DNA of 64,000 nucleotides from an uncultured candidate division Zixibacteria bacterium (GCA_963702205.1 OY969724.1:2016001-2080000); one strand, 5' to 3'; numbered from the stretch's first letter, positions 42,450 to 53,723 are shown. Program-made: numbers and translations. Notes: generated by a model not told the origin, from the letters alone.

Positions 42450-43409
42450 ATGGACGATAGACAAATTCTGGAATTTGAAAAACCGATCGCGGAACTCGAA
42501 AAGAAGATTTCCGACATGAAAGATTTCGCGGCCGGGGCCAATATAACTCTCGATTCTGAAATCACGTCGCTTCAGGATAAAGTCGAAAAGCTGCGCCATG
42601 AGATATTTTCCAGCCTGTCGCGATGGCAGAAAGTGCAACTGGCCCGGCATCCCCGGCGGCCGTACACTCTCGATTATATCCAGCACATGATGACCGATTT
42701 CGTGGAAATTCACGGTGATCGGTATTTCGCCGACGATAAAGCGGTCGTTGGCGGTTTCGCCAAAATCGACGGTCGTCCGGTGATGGTGATCGGTCAGCAA
42801 AAGGGGCGCGATACCAGGACCAAGCTATTGCGCAATTTCGGTATGATGAACCCCGAAGGGTATCGCAAGGCGCTGCGGCTTTTCAAACTCGCCGAAAAAT
42901 TCAGCCGGCCGATCGTAATTATGATCGATACACCCGGCGCTTATCCCGGCATCGGCGCGGAAGAACGGGGACAAGCCGAAGCCATAGCCCGCAACTTGCG
43001 CGAGATGGCGGTTTTAAAAGTCCCGATCGTGATTATTATCATCGGCGATGGTGCTTCCGGCGGGGCCCTTGGGATCGGTATCGGCGACCGGGTGTTCATG
43101 ATGCAGTACTCCTGGTACTCGGTGATTTCTCCCGAAGGCTGTGCCGCCATTTTGTGGCGCGATGCCTCTCATGCGCCGCAGGCGGCCGAAGCCCTGAAAC
43201 CGACGTCGGATGATTTGATGGCATTAGGCGTAATCGACGGTATCATCCCCGAACCACCCGGCGGGGCGCACAACGACCACAAGGCCGCAGCGGCAGCGGC
43301 GAAAAGTAAAATATTGGAAACACTTGCGGAATTGGAGAGTCTTTCAACAGAACAGTTGTTGGCTCAAAGGCTCGAGAAATTCCGAAAGATAGGCGTTTAT
43401 GGAGAGTAG
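42450..43409 (+). CDS. accA: Acetyl-CoA carboxylase carboxyltransferase alpha
   Basis: LARHPRRP, NFGMMNPEGYRKALR, AEERGQ, VISPEGCAAILW. Confidence 0.97.
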   Translation: MDDRQILEFEKPIAELEKKISDMKDFAAGANITLDSEITSLQDKVEKLRHEIFSSLSRWQKVQLARHPRRPYTLDYIQHMMTDFVEIHGDRYFADDKAVVGGFAKIDGRPVMVIGQQKGRDTRTKLLRNFGMMNPEGYRKALRLFKLAEKFSRPIVIMIDTPGAYPGIGAEERGQAEAIARNLREMAVLKVPIVIIIIGDGASGGALGIGIGDRVFMMQYSWYSVISPEGCAAILWRDASHAPQAAEALKPTSDDLMALGVIDGIIPEPPGGAHNDHKAAAAAAKSKILETLAELESLSTEQLLAQRLEKFRKIGVYGE

Positions 43410-43417
43410 GAGGCATT

Positions 43418-43585
43418 ATGGCACTCTCTAAGGAACTTTTGGAAGTTTTGGTTTGCCCCAAGAGCAAAGCGAAACTGAAATATGACGAAGAACACAACTG
43501 CCTGATATGTGAAGAAAGTCGGCTGAAATATCGCATTGAGGATGACATACCGATTTTGCTGATTGACGAGGCTGAAAGTTTTTAA
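43418..43585 (+). CDS. Trm112-family small protein (55 aa, below the ORF-track cutoff)
   Basis: MALSKELLEVLVCPKSK..YRIEDDIPILLIDEA; AGGAGG RBS. Confidence 0.88.
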   Translation: MALSKELLEVLVCPKSKAKLKYDEEHNCLICEESRLKYRIEDDIPILLIDEAESF

Positions 43586-43600
43586 GAATTGAGGTAACCG

Positions 43601-44014
43601 ATGAAGCTCTCTAAATTCTGTTCTGAAGACTTAATTTCGTTTGAACTCAAATCGAAGGAAAAAGACTCGGTTTTGGCCGAACTCGTCCAGTTGGCGGCCA
43701 AATCCAGCCTGGTTAAAGACGGCGATGCTCTGCTGAAGGATATCAGGGAGCGCGAAGAACTCGTGACGACGGGAGTGGGCTATGGAGTGGCGTTTCCTCA
43801 TGCTAAAACGACGGCCACCAAGGGTATCGTGATTGCTTTCGGGCGAAGCGAAGTTGGTATTGATTTCGACGCCATGGACCACAAGCCGGTCAATTTGTTT
43901 TTTATGATTGCGGCTCCCGAGGATGCCATCGGCGCACATTTGAACGTTATGGCGCGTCTGTCGTACATTATGAAATCTGAAGAAAACCGTCAGCAGATGA
44001 TGACGGTGACGTAG
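43601..44014 (+). CDS. PTS IIA (Ntr/fructose-type) domain protein; probably extends to 44053
   Basis: REELVTTGVG.GVAFPHAK, GIDFDAMD; TAG at 44012 followed in frame by PGELLQMLDTVE. Confidence 0.88.
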   Translation: MKLSKFCSEDLISFELKSKEKDSVLAELVQLAAKSSLVKDGDALLKDIREREELVTTGVGYGVAFPHAKTTATKGIVIAFGRSEVGIDFDAMDHKPVNLFFMIAAPEDAIGAHLNVMARLSYIMKSEENRQQMMTVT

Positions 44015-44080
44015 CCCGGCGAACTTCTTCAGATGCTTGACACGGTCGAATAGCGAATAAAGGACAAGGAGGTCTGATAA

Positions 44081-44872
44081 ATGACGGGAATCCTGACGGT
44101 TTTTGGGAAAAATCGTCGCCTCCTTGGATTTGTACTGGCCGGGTTGATTTTTCTCGGTATCGTATTTTCCCCCAATTTTCTGAGACCGCTGGCGGGTGAT
44201 GCCGCGTCACTTATAATTCTGTATCCCTTTTCCGAATTTAAAAACTATATAGTGGACTTGCAGGGAGTAGCATCGGAGAACCGGCGTTTGAAAAACGCGT
44301 TGACCGAAGTCAGCACGCAGCTTTCGGCCATGGCCGAAGCCCGTCGGGAAAATCAGCGCCTGCGCGAGTTTTTGGGCTTCGATCCGCCCGAAAATTCGCG
44401 GGTCGTCCCGGTGAAAATAATCTCCCTGGAAAATCAGATTTATCCGGTGTCGGCCTTGATTAACAAGGGCAGCAACGATTCGATACGGATCGATCAGCCG
44501 GTGATTAATCGCTTTGGCCTGGTTGGCAAAATTATGGATGTCATGCCCGGATTTTCGACCGTGCAGTTATTGACCGATCCCTCGAACGCCGTATCGGGGC
44601 GGGTCGCCGAAAGTCGGCAGTTGGGAATCGTGCGCTTTTCGCCGGTGCGCGGTATGTATTTCGACAATCTCCCGGCCGACGCGGAGATATCCAAAGGTGA
44701 CCTGATAATAACGTCCGGGCTGGGCGGTGTCTACCCGGCCGGACTTTCGGTGGCTACGGTGGATTCGGTCTTTGCCACCCGGGGAGAAATATTGAAAAAC
44801 GTCTATCTCAGACCGGCGGTAAACCTGAACGAGATCGACGAGCTGTACGTATTATTTAAAGGGCCGCAATGA
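44081..44872 (+). CDS. mreC: Rod shape-determining protein MreC
   Basis: ENQRLREFL, INKGS, GLVGKI, TSGLGGVYPAGL.V. Confidence 0.93.
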   Translation: MTGILTVFGKNRRLLGFVLAGLIFLGIVFSPNFLRPLAGDAASLIILYPFSEFKNYIVDLQGVASENRRLKNALTEVSTQLSAMAEARRENQRLREFLGFDPPENSRVVPVKIISLENQIYPVSALINKGSNDSIRIDQPVINRFGLVGKIMDVMPGFSTVQLLTDPSNAVSGRVAESRQLGIVRFSPVRGMYFDNLPADAEISKGDLIITSGLGGVYPAGLSVATVDSVFATRGEILKNVYLRPAVNLNEIDELYVLFKGPQ

Positions 44873-45366
44873 GCGTTATACCGTACATATTGTATTTGTA
44901 CCTGCTGGGTTTTCATGTCACGATTTTATCGGACCTGACTTCCATATTCGGGGTCACGATCGATCTGGCGGCCCTGATGGTTTGTCTGATTGCGATTTAT
45001 AAAAGTGAACTGACCGCCTTGTGGTTTGCGATTGCGGCGGCTGTCATAGTCGGGACCTGGGCCGGGGCGCCTAATCTCGCAAATATCCCCTGGGAAATGC
45101 TCTTTTTGGGGGGGCTGGCTCTGGCAGTGAGGCATTTAAGTGTCCGATTGAATCTCGATTCGACGGCGTCAAAATTATTGCTCCTGGCCGGCGGTCTTTT
45201 ATTTCATCGGCTGGCCCTTACCCTGGTAATTTCACAGGCCGACTTTTTTACCCTATTGTACAGGTACATAATTCCCAGCGTCTTGTATACATGGTGCCTG
45301 GGATGGTTGTATTTTTTGTACCACGACGGCCGAATAACCTGGGCCAAATTTAAGGCTCTCTTTTAA
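44869..45366 (+). CDS. mreD: Rod shape-determining protein MreD (diverged)
   Basis: Hydrophobic 165 aa protein between mreC and mrdA. Confidence 0.6.
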   Translation: MSVIPYILYLYLLGFHVTILSDLTSIFGVTIDLAALMVCLIAIYKSELTALWFAIAAAVIVGTWAGAPNLANIPWEMLFLGGLALAVRHLSVRLNLDSTASKLLLLAGGLLFHRLALTLVISQADFFTLLYRYIIPSVLYTWCLGWLYFLYHDGRITWAKFKALF

Positions 45367-45368
45367 TT

Positions 45369-47177
45369 ATGTCACCCTCGGTCACTCATAAAGAAGACAG
45401 AATTATTTTCGCGGGGATTTTTGTCCTGGCGTTGATGGTTCTGCTGGTCGGGGGTTTGGTATATCATCAGATATTAAAGCACGATCAATTTTATCTGGAA
45501 TCGGAGAGTAACCGCATCCGGGTCCAGCCGATTATTCCCAAGCGCGGTTTGATCTATGACCGCAATATGCAGGTGATCGCCGACAACCGCCTGTCTTTTA
45601 CGGTCTCAATAGTGCCGTTCGAAACGGTTAATGGCGTTACGGTACCGCGCCTGGCCGATCTTTTGGATTTGGATACGGCCGAGGTCGAAAAAAGGGCCCG
45701 CAGTAATTTTGTCAGTAATTACATTCCCGCTCCCGTCAAGCGTGGTCTGGATATTGGAGTGGTCTCCATTCTCGAAGAACAGCGTCGCGATTATCCGGGT
45801 GTGACGTATCGGGTTGAATCGGTGCGGCAGTACGAACGCGACGTTTCGGCGGAAGCATTTATAGGGCACCTCGGTGAAATATCTGCCGAAGAAATAGACA
45901 AGGACCCAGATGGAAGCCCGCGCGCCGGGAGCATGATCGGTAAGAAAGGAATTGAAAAAGCCTACGACCAGAATCTCCGGGGCATGGAAGGAACCAATTA
46001 TATGGAGGTTACGGCCCGTGGGCAGTTGGTCGGGCATTATGAAGGAAAGCCGAGTCTTCCGGCGGTAGCCGGCGACGACATCGTCCTGACAATCGATATG
46101 GACTTACAGCGGCGGATAGTGCAGATTTTCGACAGCCTGCAGTACAGCGGAGCGGTCGTTGCGATAAATCCCAGGACTGGCGAAGTGCTGGCCATGGCAA
46201 CCTTTCCCGGTTTTGACCCTAATATATTTTCAGGAGTGATTTCGCCGGAGACGTGGCAGGCAATCATTTCTGATACGCTCCATCCTCTGCTGAACCGCCC
46301 ACTGGCCGGGTTGTACCCGCCGGGTTCGACCACGAAACTCCTGACCGCCGGGGCGGCACTCGAATCGGGAATCATAACCGATATGACCACTTTTAAACCG
46401 TGCCTGGGCGGAATGAAATTCGGTGACCGGGTATTCCGCTGCTGGGACCCGGCCGGTCACGGCAAGTTGAGCATTTACGGAGCTATCGAGCAATCGTGTG
46501 ACGTCTATTTTTATCAGGTGGGGCAGATTCTCGGTGTCGACAATTTGGGTTCCTACGCCAGAAAATGCGGTTTCGGCAAAGAGACAGGGATAGACATCCC
46601 CGGCGAATTGAAAGGGATCGTGCCGAGTTCTGCGTACTATGATAAAGTATATGGGCGCCGGGGCTGGACCCAGTACCTGGTTTTGAACCTGGCTATCGGT
46701 CAGGGTGAGTTTACCATAACCCCGCTGCAACTGGCTCAGTTTTATTGCGGGCTGGCCGACAATGGAGCCGTTTATCGTCCGCATCTGGTCAAGGAGCTTA
46801 TTCACCACGATGGTTCAATCGAAGTCGTGCAACCGGAAGTCTCTTTTCACCTGCCCTTTTCCCCAAAGACGCTCGAAATATTAGAAACCGGGCTGGAACT
46901 GGTCGTGCAAGGAGAACACGGGACTGGCAAGCGGCTTAAAAACAAGAATTATCGAATCGCCGGAAAGACCGGGACGGCACAAAATCCGCATGGAGAGGAT
47001 CATTCATGGTTTGCCGGTTTTGCCCCGGCCGGTGATCCCCGGATTGTGGCCGTGGCTATCGTGGAAAACGCCGGGCACGGCTCCGAAGTGGCTGCTCCCG
47101 TCGTCGGCGAAATATTCAAAGCCTATCTGAACAGACCCGATTCGGTAATGGCCGGACGAGATGCGGAAAAGCAGTAA
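45369..47177 (+). CDS. mrdA: Penicillin-binding protein 2
   Basis: PKRGLIYDRN, STTK, SCD, KTGTAQ motifs. Confidence 0.95.
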   Translation: MSPSVTHKEDRIIFAGIFVLALMVLLVGGLVYHQILKHDQFYLESESNRIRVQPIIPKRGLIYDRNMQVIADNRLSFTVSIVPFETVNGVTVPRLADLLDLDTAEVEKRARSNFVSNYIPAPVKRGLDIGVVSILEEQRRDYPGVTYRVESVRQYERDVSAEAFIGHLGEISAEEIDKDPDGSPRAGSMIGKKGIEKAYDQNLRGMEGTNYMEVTARGQLVGHYEGKPSLPAVAGDDIVLTIDMDLQRRIVQIFDSLQYSGAVVAINPRTGEVLAMATFPGFDPNIFSGVISPETWQAIISDTLHPLLNRPLAGLYPPGSTTKLLTAGAALESGIITDMTTFKPCLGGMKFGDRVFRCWDPAGHGKLSIYGAIEQSCDVYFYQVGQILGVDNLGSYARKCGFGKETGIDIPGELKGIVPSSAYYDKVYGRRGWTQYLVLNLAIGQGEFTITPLQLAQFYCGLADNGAVYRPHLVKELIHHDGSIEVVQPEVSFHLPFSPKTLEILETGLELVVQGEHGTGKRLKNKNYRIAGKTGTAQNPHGEDHSWFAGFAPAGDPRIVAVAIVENAGHGSEVAAPVVGEIFKAYLNRPDSVMAGRDAEKQ

Positions 47178-48398
47178 TGAGTTTAAACTATCGACAGCTC
47201 GACTGGAAATTAATCCTGGCCGCACTGATTCTTACGCTCGTTGGCATAGTGCTAATCTATTCGGCCCAGTACCGATTCAATGAGCGGTCATTCCCTTAGT
47301 TTTTATAAAAAACAGGCGTTCTGGATGGTGGCGGCGTTGATCGTCTTTGCCGTCCTCATACATCTACCGCTAAAAATGTTCGACTTTACGGCCTACCTTT
47401 TTTATGCCGTCGCCCTGCTGCTTCTTATCATGGTATTCTTCGTGGGGCATTCCCGTTCAGGGGCGGCCCGGTGGTTCGCACTGGGTTCGTTTCACCTGAC
47501 CCCGTCGGAGATCGCCAAGCTGGCGCTGCTGGTGGCCCTGTCCCGTTTTCTGGCGTTTACCAAGCTGCGGCCCGAATCTATCCGGAGATTGTTCGTGTCG
47601 GCGGCATTGACGGTTATACCCGTGATTCTGATATTAAAACAGCCCGATCTGGGGACGTCGCTGGTATTTGTGGGGCTTCTCTTCAGCCTCTGGTTTTGGT
47701 CGGGATTGCCAGTACTATATCTGCTGTTCATTATATCGCCGATAGTCTCGCTTCTGGCCGCGTTTCACTGGATTACATGGGTAGTTTATTTGGTGATATT
47801 GATTGTCGTGCTTCTCAAAACGAGGCCGTCGGTTTTATTCAGCGCCGGAGTTGTAATAACAAACCTGGCTTTCGGGATGATTACGCCTTTTTTCTGGAAT
47901 CGACTGGCCGATTACCAAAAGCTGCGAATTTTGACATTTCTCGACCCGGGCCGCGACCCGCGCGGGGCCGGGTATCAGATCATACAATCTAAGATAGCCA
48001 TCGGCTCGGGCGGTATCCTGGGCAAAGGTTTTTTGGGTGGTTCGCAAAGTCAGCTCAGGTTCTTGCCGGAGCGGCATACGGATTTTGTTTTTTCCGTGCT
48101 CGGAGAAGAGTTCGGCATGGTGGGCACGTTGATTGTCGTGTTCCTTTTCGGATACATTTTTTACCGGGGCATTATGATCGCCTCAAAATGCCGGTCCAAA
48201 TTCGCATCGTATCTGTGCTGGGGAGCGATGACGATATTGTTCTTCCAGTTCTTTGTTAACATCGGGATGACTATCGGACTGTCGCCGGTGACCGGGCTGC
48301 CCCTGCCGTTTTTGAGCTACGGCGGAACATCACTGCTGCTATCCTGGACCCTGATCGGGTTCATGGTTATGGCCGATTATTACTGGACGGAATATTAG
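47177..48398 (+). CDS. rodA: Rod shape-determining protein RodA, apparent +1 frameshift near 47272
   Basis: ATG 47177 gives DWKLIL..GIVLIYSA (TM1); ORF 47280..48398 has QPDLGT, GYQIIQSKIAIGSGG, PERHTDF, LPFLSYGG. Confidence 0.9.
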
Positions 48399-48407
48399 GA
48401 GTTTGAC

Positions 48408-49955
48408 ATGAAAATATTAATGTACGGTGCAGTTATCGCATGTCTTATGGCTTCACTCGCGACAGCCGAAAACGACCCCGGGATATCGGACGTGCTGTCT
48501 CCGGATCAGATATATGCGACGGAAAATATACGGTCGTTCAGTCAAAGCGGGACGGTCAGGCTGGCCGGTTTGTCAGGAACTTTTGAATCGTGCTTTAAAG
48601 CCCCGGACAAGATGTATCAGTCAATGGATATGGGAATCATGCAAATGGCCCAGGGGTGCGACGGTCACGATGCCTGGATTCGCGACGCCAACGGCCAGCA
48701 GGTCGAACTGACGGGTATGGAATACAAAAGCGTCATGAATTCGATTTATGTCATGAACGGGACTTTTTTAAAAGACAAAACCGAAAAGCCGATATACGTG
48801 GGCCGGGATCTGATCGACGGTGAACCGTATATCGAATTCAAAGCGTACCCGCAGGGAGGTGACTCGGTATTTATGTATGTCGGGGAGCTGACGGGTCGGT
48901 TGGATATGGTGAAGTCATATCTGGACGAAATCTCTCTTATAACTCATTTCGGGGACTTCAGGAAAATCGACGGTTTTGAAGTCTCCATGAAAAGCTGGAC
49001 AGAGTCGTCGAACCCTATGCTTAACGACACCATGATTATCTCCGAAGCGAAAGTAAATATAGACCTTCCCGATTCACTCTTTGCCATGAATCCTGAAGTT
49101 TCGGAGGATTTTGACTACCCTCCCAATTTGGATTCAGTCGTAATTCCGATAGTTTACGAAAAGGGGTATATCGGTTTTCACGCGATGGTCAACGATTCGG
49201 TCAAGGCGCTGTTTATTCTCGATTCCGGGGCGGGGATGAATGCTCTGGACAAGCGGTTTGCCGATAAGTTGGGACTTGTGACGTCGGGGGAACTTCTGGC
49301 CAAAGGCGCTGCCGGTTATGGGCAGGCGAGCATCACGTCGCTGGATTCACTGGAGATCGGCGGGGTCAAGTTTCACAATCAAAAAGTCGCGGTTATCGAT
49401 TTTTACTCTCAGAACCTGAGGTTCGGCGATGACTTCGGAGGACTGATAGGATTTGATTTTATATCAAGGTTCGCCCTGAAGATCGATTTTTCCGCCAAAA
49501 CGCTGACGGTGTATAATCCGGACTCTGAGATTAACGAAGACCCGGCAGCCAGCATTCCTTTCAGGATGATGCTGAAAATTCCGATAATAGAGGCGAGTAT
49601 TGGCGGCTGCCAGGGTGATTTCCTGTTCGATCTCGGAAACCCACTGGGAATCATCCTGCGCAAAGCATTTTTGGATAGCTGTAAACTCGACAGCAGCGTG
49701 ATTGAATCCAAAGGGAATATGCAGCTGGGCGGTGTCGGTGGAACGACTTTCGCCGACATGGCGGTCGGGCATGATTTCAGGATCGGCGAGGTTGAAGTCA
49801 AAACGGTTCCGCTCGTGATAGCCGAAGGCGAGCAGGGACTTATTCGCTCGACTGACGTGGATGGCAATATCGGCACCAACTTTCTGGAGAAATTCACGGT
49901 TCTCCTGGATTACAGGGGCGGCCGCGTTTACCTTCTGCCCGGCAAAGGAGAGTGA
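48408..49955 (+). CDS. Exported aspartyl protease with two retropepsin-like domains
   Basis: FILDSGA and FLFDLGN motifs, GLIGFDF and GNIGTNF; signal peptide. Confidence 0.8.
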   Translation: MKILMYGAVIACLMASLATAENDPGISDVLSPDQIYATENIRSFSQSGTVRLAGLSGTFESCFKAPDKMYQSMDMGIMQMAQGCDGHDAWIRDANGQQVELTGMEYKSVMNSIYVMNGTFLKDKTEKPIYVGRDLIDGEPYIEFKAYPQGGDSVFMYVGELTGRLDMVKSYLDEISLITHFGDFRKIDGFEVSMKSWTESSNPMLNDTMIISEAKVNIDLPDSLFAMNPEVSEDFDYPPNLDSVVIPIVYEKGYIGFHAMVNDSVKALFILDSGAGMNALDKRFADKLGLVTSGELLAKGAAGYGQASITSLDSLEIGGVKFHNQKVAVIDFYSQNLRFGDDFGGLIGFDFISRFALKIDFSAKTLTVYNPDSEINEDPAASIPFRMMLKIPIIEASIGGCQGDFLFDLGNPLGIILRKAFLDSCKLDSSVIESKGNMQLGGVGGTTFADMAVGHDFRIGEVEVKTVPLVIAEGEQGLIRSTDVDGNIGTNFLEKFTVLLDYRGGRVYLLPGKGE

Positions 49956-50041
49956 TTTTAATAAATGGTTTTTTGTTGAAGCCAAACGTTAATTTATGAT
50001 TATAACGATTACATGAAACTTATAAATGAACAGAGTAAAAT

Positions 50042-50695
50042 ATGCTAAAGAGCCGAATATTGTCTTTGAGTGCTTTTTTGATTTTTCTGACTTTTGCCGG
50101 TGCCGCCATGGCGGACGAGGCCGACCCGTACGGATTTTTGTCCAAGAAATTTATCGGGGCCCGTCTCGGTGTCTGGGTAAACTCAGGGGATAGTCTCGCC
50201 CCGGGCAATAACAACGTTTCCAATACTACCTTTTATGGTGAATTCTTTTTTAGCCGCCATATCTGGCCCGCCATCGCGGGCGAATTCATAGTCGGCCTTT
50301 ACGGCCGGGGCAATGTTGAATTAACGAACGGGGGTAACACCTATCGTGGCCAGCTAAGTATCTATCCGATACTTGTCACGGCGAAATTTTATCCTCTGGC
50401 GGGGCTTCCAATGATACAGCTAAAACCGTACCTGCAGGCCGGGGGCGGGTTGATTGTCGGTAACCGCCCAACGTTCACGTATGTCGATGCTTATTATGGA
50501 TACGACGTCCAGCAGCAGACGAAGGCTGATATTACCTATGTGTTGGGAGCCGGGTTCGATTTCCCGGTCGCCGACCAGATTGCGTTAACGGCCAACTTCA
50601 GATATACTCCGGCCAACTTCGGGGGTGATTTTGACGGTGCAAAAGATTTTTCCGGTTACCAGTTCACTATCGGAGCCGGATACATTTTCAAATAG
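50042..50695 (+). CDS. Outer membrane beta-barrel protein (OmpW/OmpA-like)
   Basis: Signal peptide, PYLQAGGG, C-terminal GAGYIF. Confidence 0.75.
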   Translation: MLKSRILSLSAFLIFLTFAGAAMADEADPYGFLSKKFIGARLGVWVNSGDSLAPGNNNVSNTTFYGEFFFSRHIWPAIAGEFIVGLYGRGNVELTNGGNTYRGQLSIYPILVTAKFYPLAGLPMIQLKPYLQAGGGLIVGNRPTFTYVDAYYGYDVQQQTKADITYVLGAGFDFPVADQIALTANFRYTPANFGGDFDGAKDFSGYQFTIGAGYIFK

Positions 50696-50725
50696 TACAT
50701 AATCTTAATTAGATCAGGAGGAAGA

Positions 50726-51715
50726 ATGGCTCTTAAGATCGGAATTAACGGATTCGGGCGCATTGGACGGTTGGTGTTAAAGGCTGCCCGCGATAAGGAC
50801 GTCGAAATCGTCGGCATTAACGATATAACCGATGCCGCGACGCTGGCGCATCTTCTGAAGTACGATTCCATACACGGGAAATATCCCGGCGAGGTAAGCA
50901 GCACGAGCAACGCTTTGGTGGTCGATGGCAAGGAAATCCCGATCAGCGCCGAACGCGACCCCGCCAATCTTCCCTGGGGTAAACTGGGTGCACAGGTGAT
51001 TATTGAATCGACCGGTATCTTCAGGGATAAGGCCGGGGCCGGAAAACATATCACGGCCGGCGCCAGGAAAGTCCTGATCTCGGCTCCCGCCAAAGAGCCC
51101 GATGGGACCTTCGTGATCGGCGTCAATGCCGATGAGTACGATAAATCCAAACATGATATTATCTCTATCGGCAGCTGCACGACCAATTGTCTGGCTCCGA
51201 TAACCAAAGTGCTCAACGACACGTTTGGCCTCGAAAAAGGCTATATGACGACTATACATTCGTACACCAACGACCAGCGCATTCTCGACCTGCCGCATAA
51301 GGATCTTCGCCGGGCCCGTGCCGCGGCCATGTCGATGATTCCGACCACGACCGGGGCGGCGCGCGCCATCGCGCTGGTAATACCGGACGTCAAGGGCAAG
51401 CTCGATGGCTGCGCCATTCGTGTGCCCACGCCCGACGGTTCGATGGTCGATCTGGTTGTCATGCTGAAAAAAGAGGGCAGTGTCGAAGACATCAACGCCG
51501 CCATGAAGAAGGCCGCCGAGGGCCCGATGAAAGGCATCCTCGAATATTGCGTAGATCCGATTGTCTCGACCGACGTGATCGGCAACTCCCACAGCTCCGT
51601 ATTCGATTCTCTTCAGACCATGAGTTATGGCAAGTTCGCCAAGGTGTTCTCATGGTACGATAATGAATGGGGCTTCTCGTGCCGTATGGTCGACATGGTT
51701 CAGCGCATGGTGTAA
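50726..51715 (+). CDS. gap: Glyceraldehyde-3-phosphate dehydrogenase (type I)
   Basis: GINGFGRIG, SCTTNCLAP, WYDNEWG. Confidence 0.98.
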   Translation: MALKIGINGFGRIGRLVLKAARDKDVEIVGINDITDAATLAHLLKYDSIHGKYPGEVSSTSNALVVDGKEIPISAERDPANLPWGKLGAQVIIESTGIFRDKAGAGKHITAGARKVLISAPAKEPDGTFVIGVNADEYDKSKHDIISIGSCTTNCLAPITKVLNDTFGLEKGYMTTIHSYTNDQRILDLPHKDLRRARAAAMSMIPTTTGAARAIALVIPDVKGKLDGCAIRVPTPDGSMVDLVVMLKKEGSVEDINAAMKKAAEGPMKGILEYCVDPIVSTDVIGNSHSSVFDSLQTMSYGKFAKVFSWYDNEWGFSCRMVDMVQRMV

Positions 51716-51748
51716 TAGATTAGTACCCGTTGACAAACGAGGTTTGAA

Positions 51749-52963
51749 ATGAATAAGCTTTCTATTTCCGACATGAATTACAGTGGGAAGAGGGTCCTGA
51801 TCCGCGTCGATTTCAATGTGCCGCTCGACGATCATCAGAAAATCACCGATGACCGGCGTATTGTGGCTTCCCTGCCGACTATCAGGAAAGTAATAAATGA
51901 CGGTGGCAAGGCCATTCTCTGCTCTCACCTGGGCCGCCCCAAGGGCAAAGTGGCGCCGGAGATGTCTTTAAAGCCGGTCGCGAAGCATCTTTCCAAACTG
52001 CTCAACCAGGAAGTCAAGTTCGCTCCGGACTGTATCGGGCCGGATACATCGGAGATGATTTATTCCATGAAACCGGGGGACGTATTATTGCTGGAGAATC
52101 TCCGGTTCCATAAGGAAGAAACCGACAATGATATCGGTTTTGCCACGCAGCTGGCGGCTCATGCCGAGATGTACATCAACGATGCTTTCGGCTCGGCCCA
52201 CCGGGCGCACGCGTCGACGGAGGGCGTCACGAGGTTTATCGATTCCTGTGCCGCCGGACACCTTATGGAAAAAGAATTGAAATATCTCGGCGGCGCCCTG
52301 AGCGATCCGAAACGGCCGTTCGTGGCTATTCTGGGTGGCGCCAAGATTTCCGGCAAGATCGACGTGATTGAAAACCTGATGGATATGGTCGAAGCCATTC
52401 TTATAGGGGGCGGAATGATCTTCACGTTCTTCAAAGCGATGGGCAAGAATATCGGTCAGTCTTTGCTGGAAGAAGACAAAGTCGAGCTGGCCGGAGAAAT
52501 CCTGAACAAGGCCAAAAAGAAAAAAGTGAAATTGATCCTTCCGACCGACTGTGTGATTGCTCCTGAAATCGATGAAGCGGCCGAAAGCAAAGTGGTTTCG
52601 GTCGATGCCATCCCCGATAACATGAAAGGACTGGACATCGGTCCGGACACTCTTAAGCTGTTCAAAGATGAACTATCTTCAGCTAAGACGGTAGTCTGGA
52701 ACGGCCCGATGGGTGTCTTTGAAGTGAGTAAATTCGCCAGAGGTACAATCGAAATCGCCAAAATCCTGGCAGAAATCACAGCCAAAGGTGCAATTACTAT
52801 TGTCGGTGGCGGCGATTCTGCGTCGGCCGTGAAAAAAGCCGGGCTCGATGGCAAACTGAGCCATATTTCAACCGGTGGGGGAGCTTCGCTGGAATTTCTC
52901 GAAGGCAAAACTTTGCCGGGAGTGGCGGCGCTTTCCGAAGCCAGGGTGGTGGCACAAAGATGA
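51749..52963 (+). CDS. pgk: Phosphoglycerate kinase
   Basis: [31 protein letters not shown]. Confidence 0.98.
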   Translation: MNKLSISDMNYSGKRVLIRVDFNVPLDDHQKITDDRRIVASLPTIRKVINDGGKAILCSHLGRPKGKVAPEMSLKPVAKHLSKLLNQEVKFAPDCIGPDTSEMIYSMKPGDVLLLENLRFHKEETDNDIGFATQLAAHAEMYINDAFGSAHRAHASTEGVTRFIDSCAAGHLMEKELKYLGGALSDPKRPFVAILGGAKISGKIDVIENLMDMVEAILIGGGMIFTFFKAMGKNIGQSLLEEDKVELAGEILNKAKKKKVKLILPTDCVIAPEIDEAAESKVVSVDAIPDNMKGLDIGPDTLKLFKDELSSAKTVVWNGPMGVFEVSKFARGTIEIAKILAEITAKGAITIVGGGDSASAVKKAGLDGKLSHISTGGGASLEFLEGKTLPGVAALSEARVVAQR

Positions 52964-53709
52964 GAAAGACTATTATCGCCGGCAACTGGAAGATGAACAA
53001 AACCAATGCCGAGGCTATCGCGCTGGCTTTGAGCCTGGTCGAGAAGGTCGGCCGGACATCGAAAGCCGATGTTGTCCTGTGTCCGCCGTTTACGGCGCTG
53101 GCCGACGTGGCCGATGCCATCAAGGGTTCGCATATTGAGCTGGGGGCACAGAATATGTATGCCGCCGAGTCCGGGGCGTTTACAGGCGAGATATCGCCAG
53201 ACATGCTCTTGACAATCGGATGCACATACGTTATTTTGGGCCACTCGGAAAGGCGACAATACTTTTCCGAGACCGATCAGACGGTCAACGCCAAGGTTAA
53301 ACTGGCGCTGGCAAAAGGCTTAAAGCCGATTATCTGTGTCGGGGAACTTCTGGAGGACCGTGAAGCCGGACGAACCGAAGGTATTGTGGGTCATCAGGTC
53401 GACGGTGCTCTGGACGGGCTCGATGCGGATCAAATCGGCAAGGTCGTAATTGCCTATGAACCGGTCTGGGCGATAGGGACGGGTAAGACCGCGACTCCCG
53501 AAATGGCCCAGGATGTTCATGCCTTTATACGGTCGCGGCTGCGAAACAAGGCCGGTGAGGTCGCCGATGACATGACAATACAGTACGGCGGCTCGATGAA
53601 CGGCGGCAATGCGGCCGGGCTGTTAAGTCAGCCGGACATTGACGGCGGCCTGATAGGCGGGGCCAGTCTGAAAGCGGATGAATTTGCGAAAATAGTCGAT
53701 AGTGTATAG
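52960..53709 (+). CDS. tpiA: Triosephosphate isomerase
   Basis: [24 protein letters not shown]. Confidence 0.98.
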   Translation: MRKTIIAGNWKMNKTNAEAIALALSLVEKVGRTSKADVVLCPPFTALADVADAIKGSHIELGAQNMYAAESGAFTGEISPDMLLTIGCTYVILGHSERRQYFSETDQTVNAKVKLALAKGLKPIICVGELLEDREAGRTEGIVGHQVDGALDGLDADQIGKVVIAYEPVWAIGTGKTATPEMAQDVHAFIRSRLRNKAGEVADDMTIQYGGSMNGGNAAGLLSQPDIDGGLIGGASLKADEFAKIVDSV

Positions 53710-53723
53710 TAAAGGAGTTTGAA

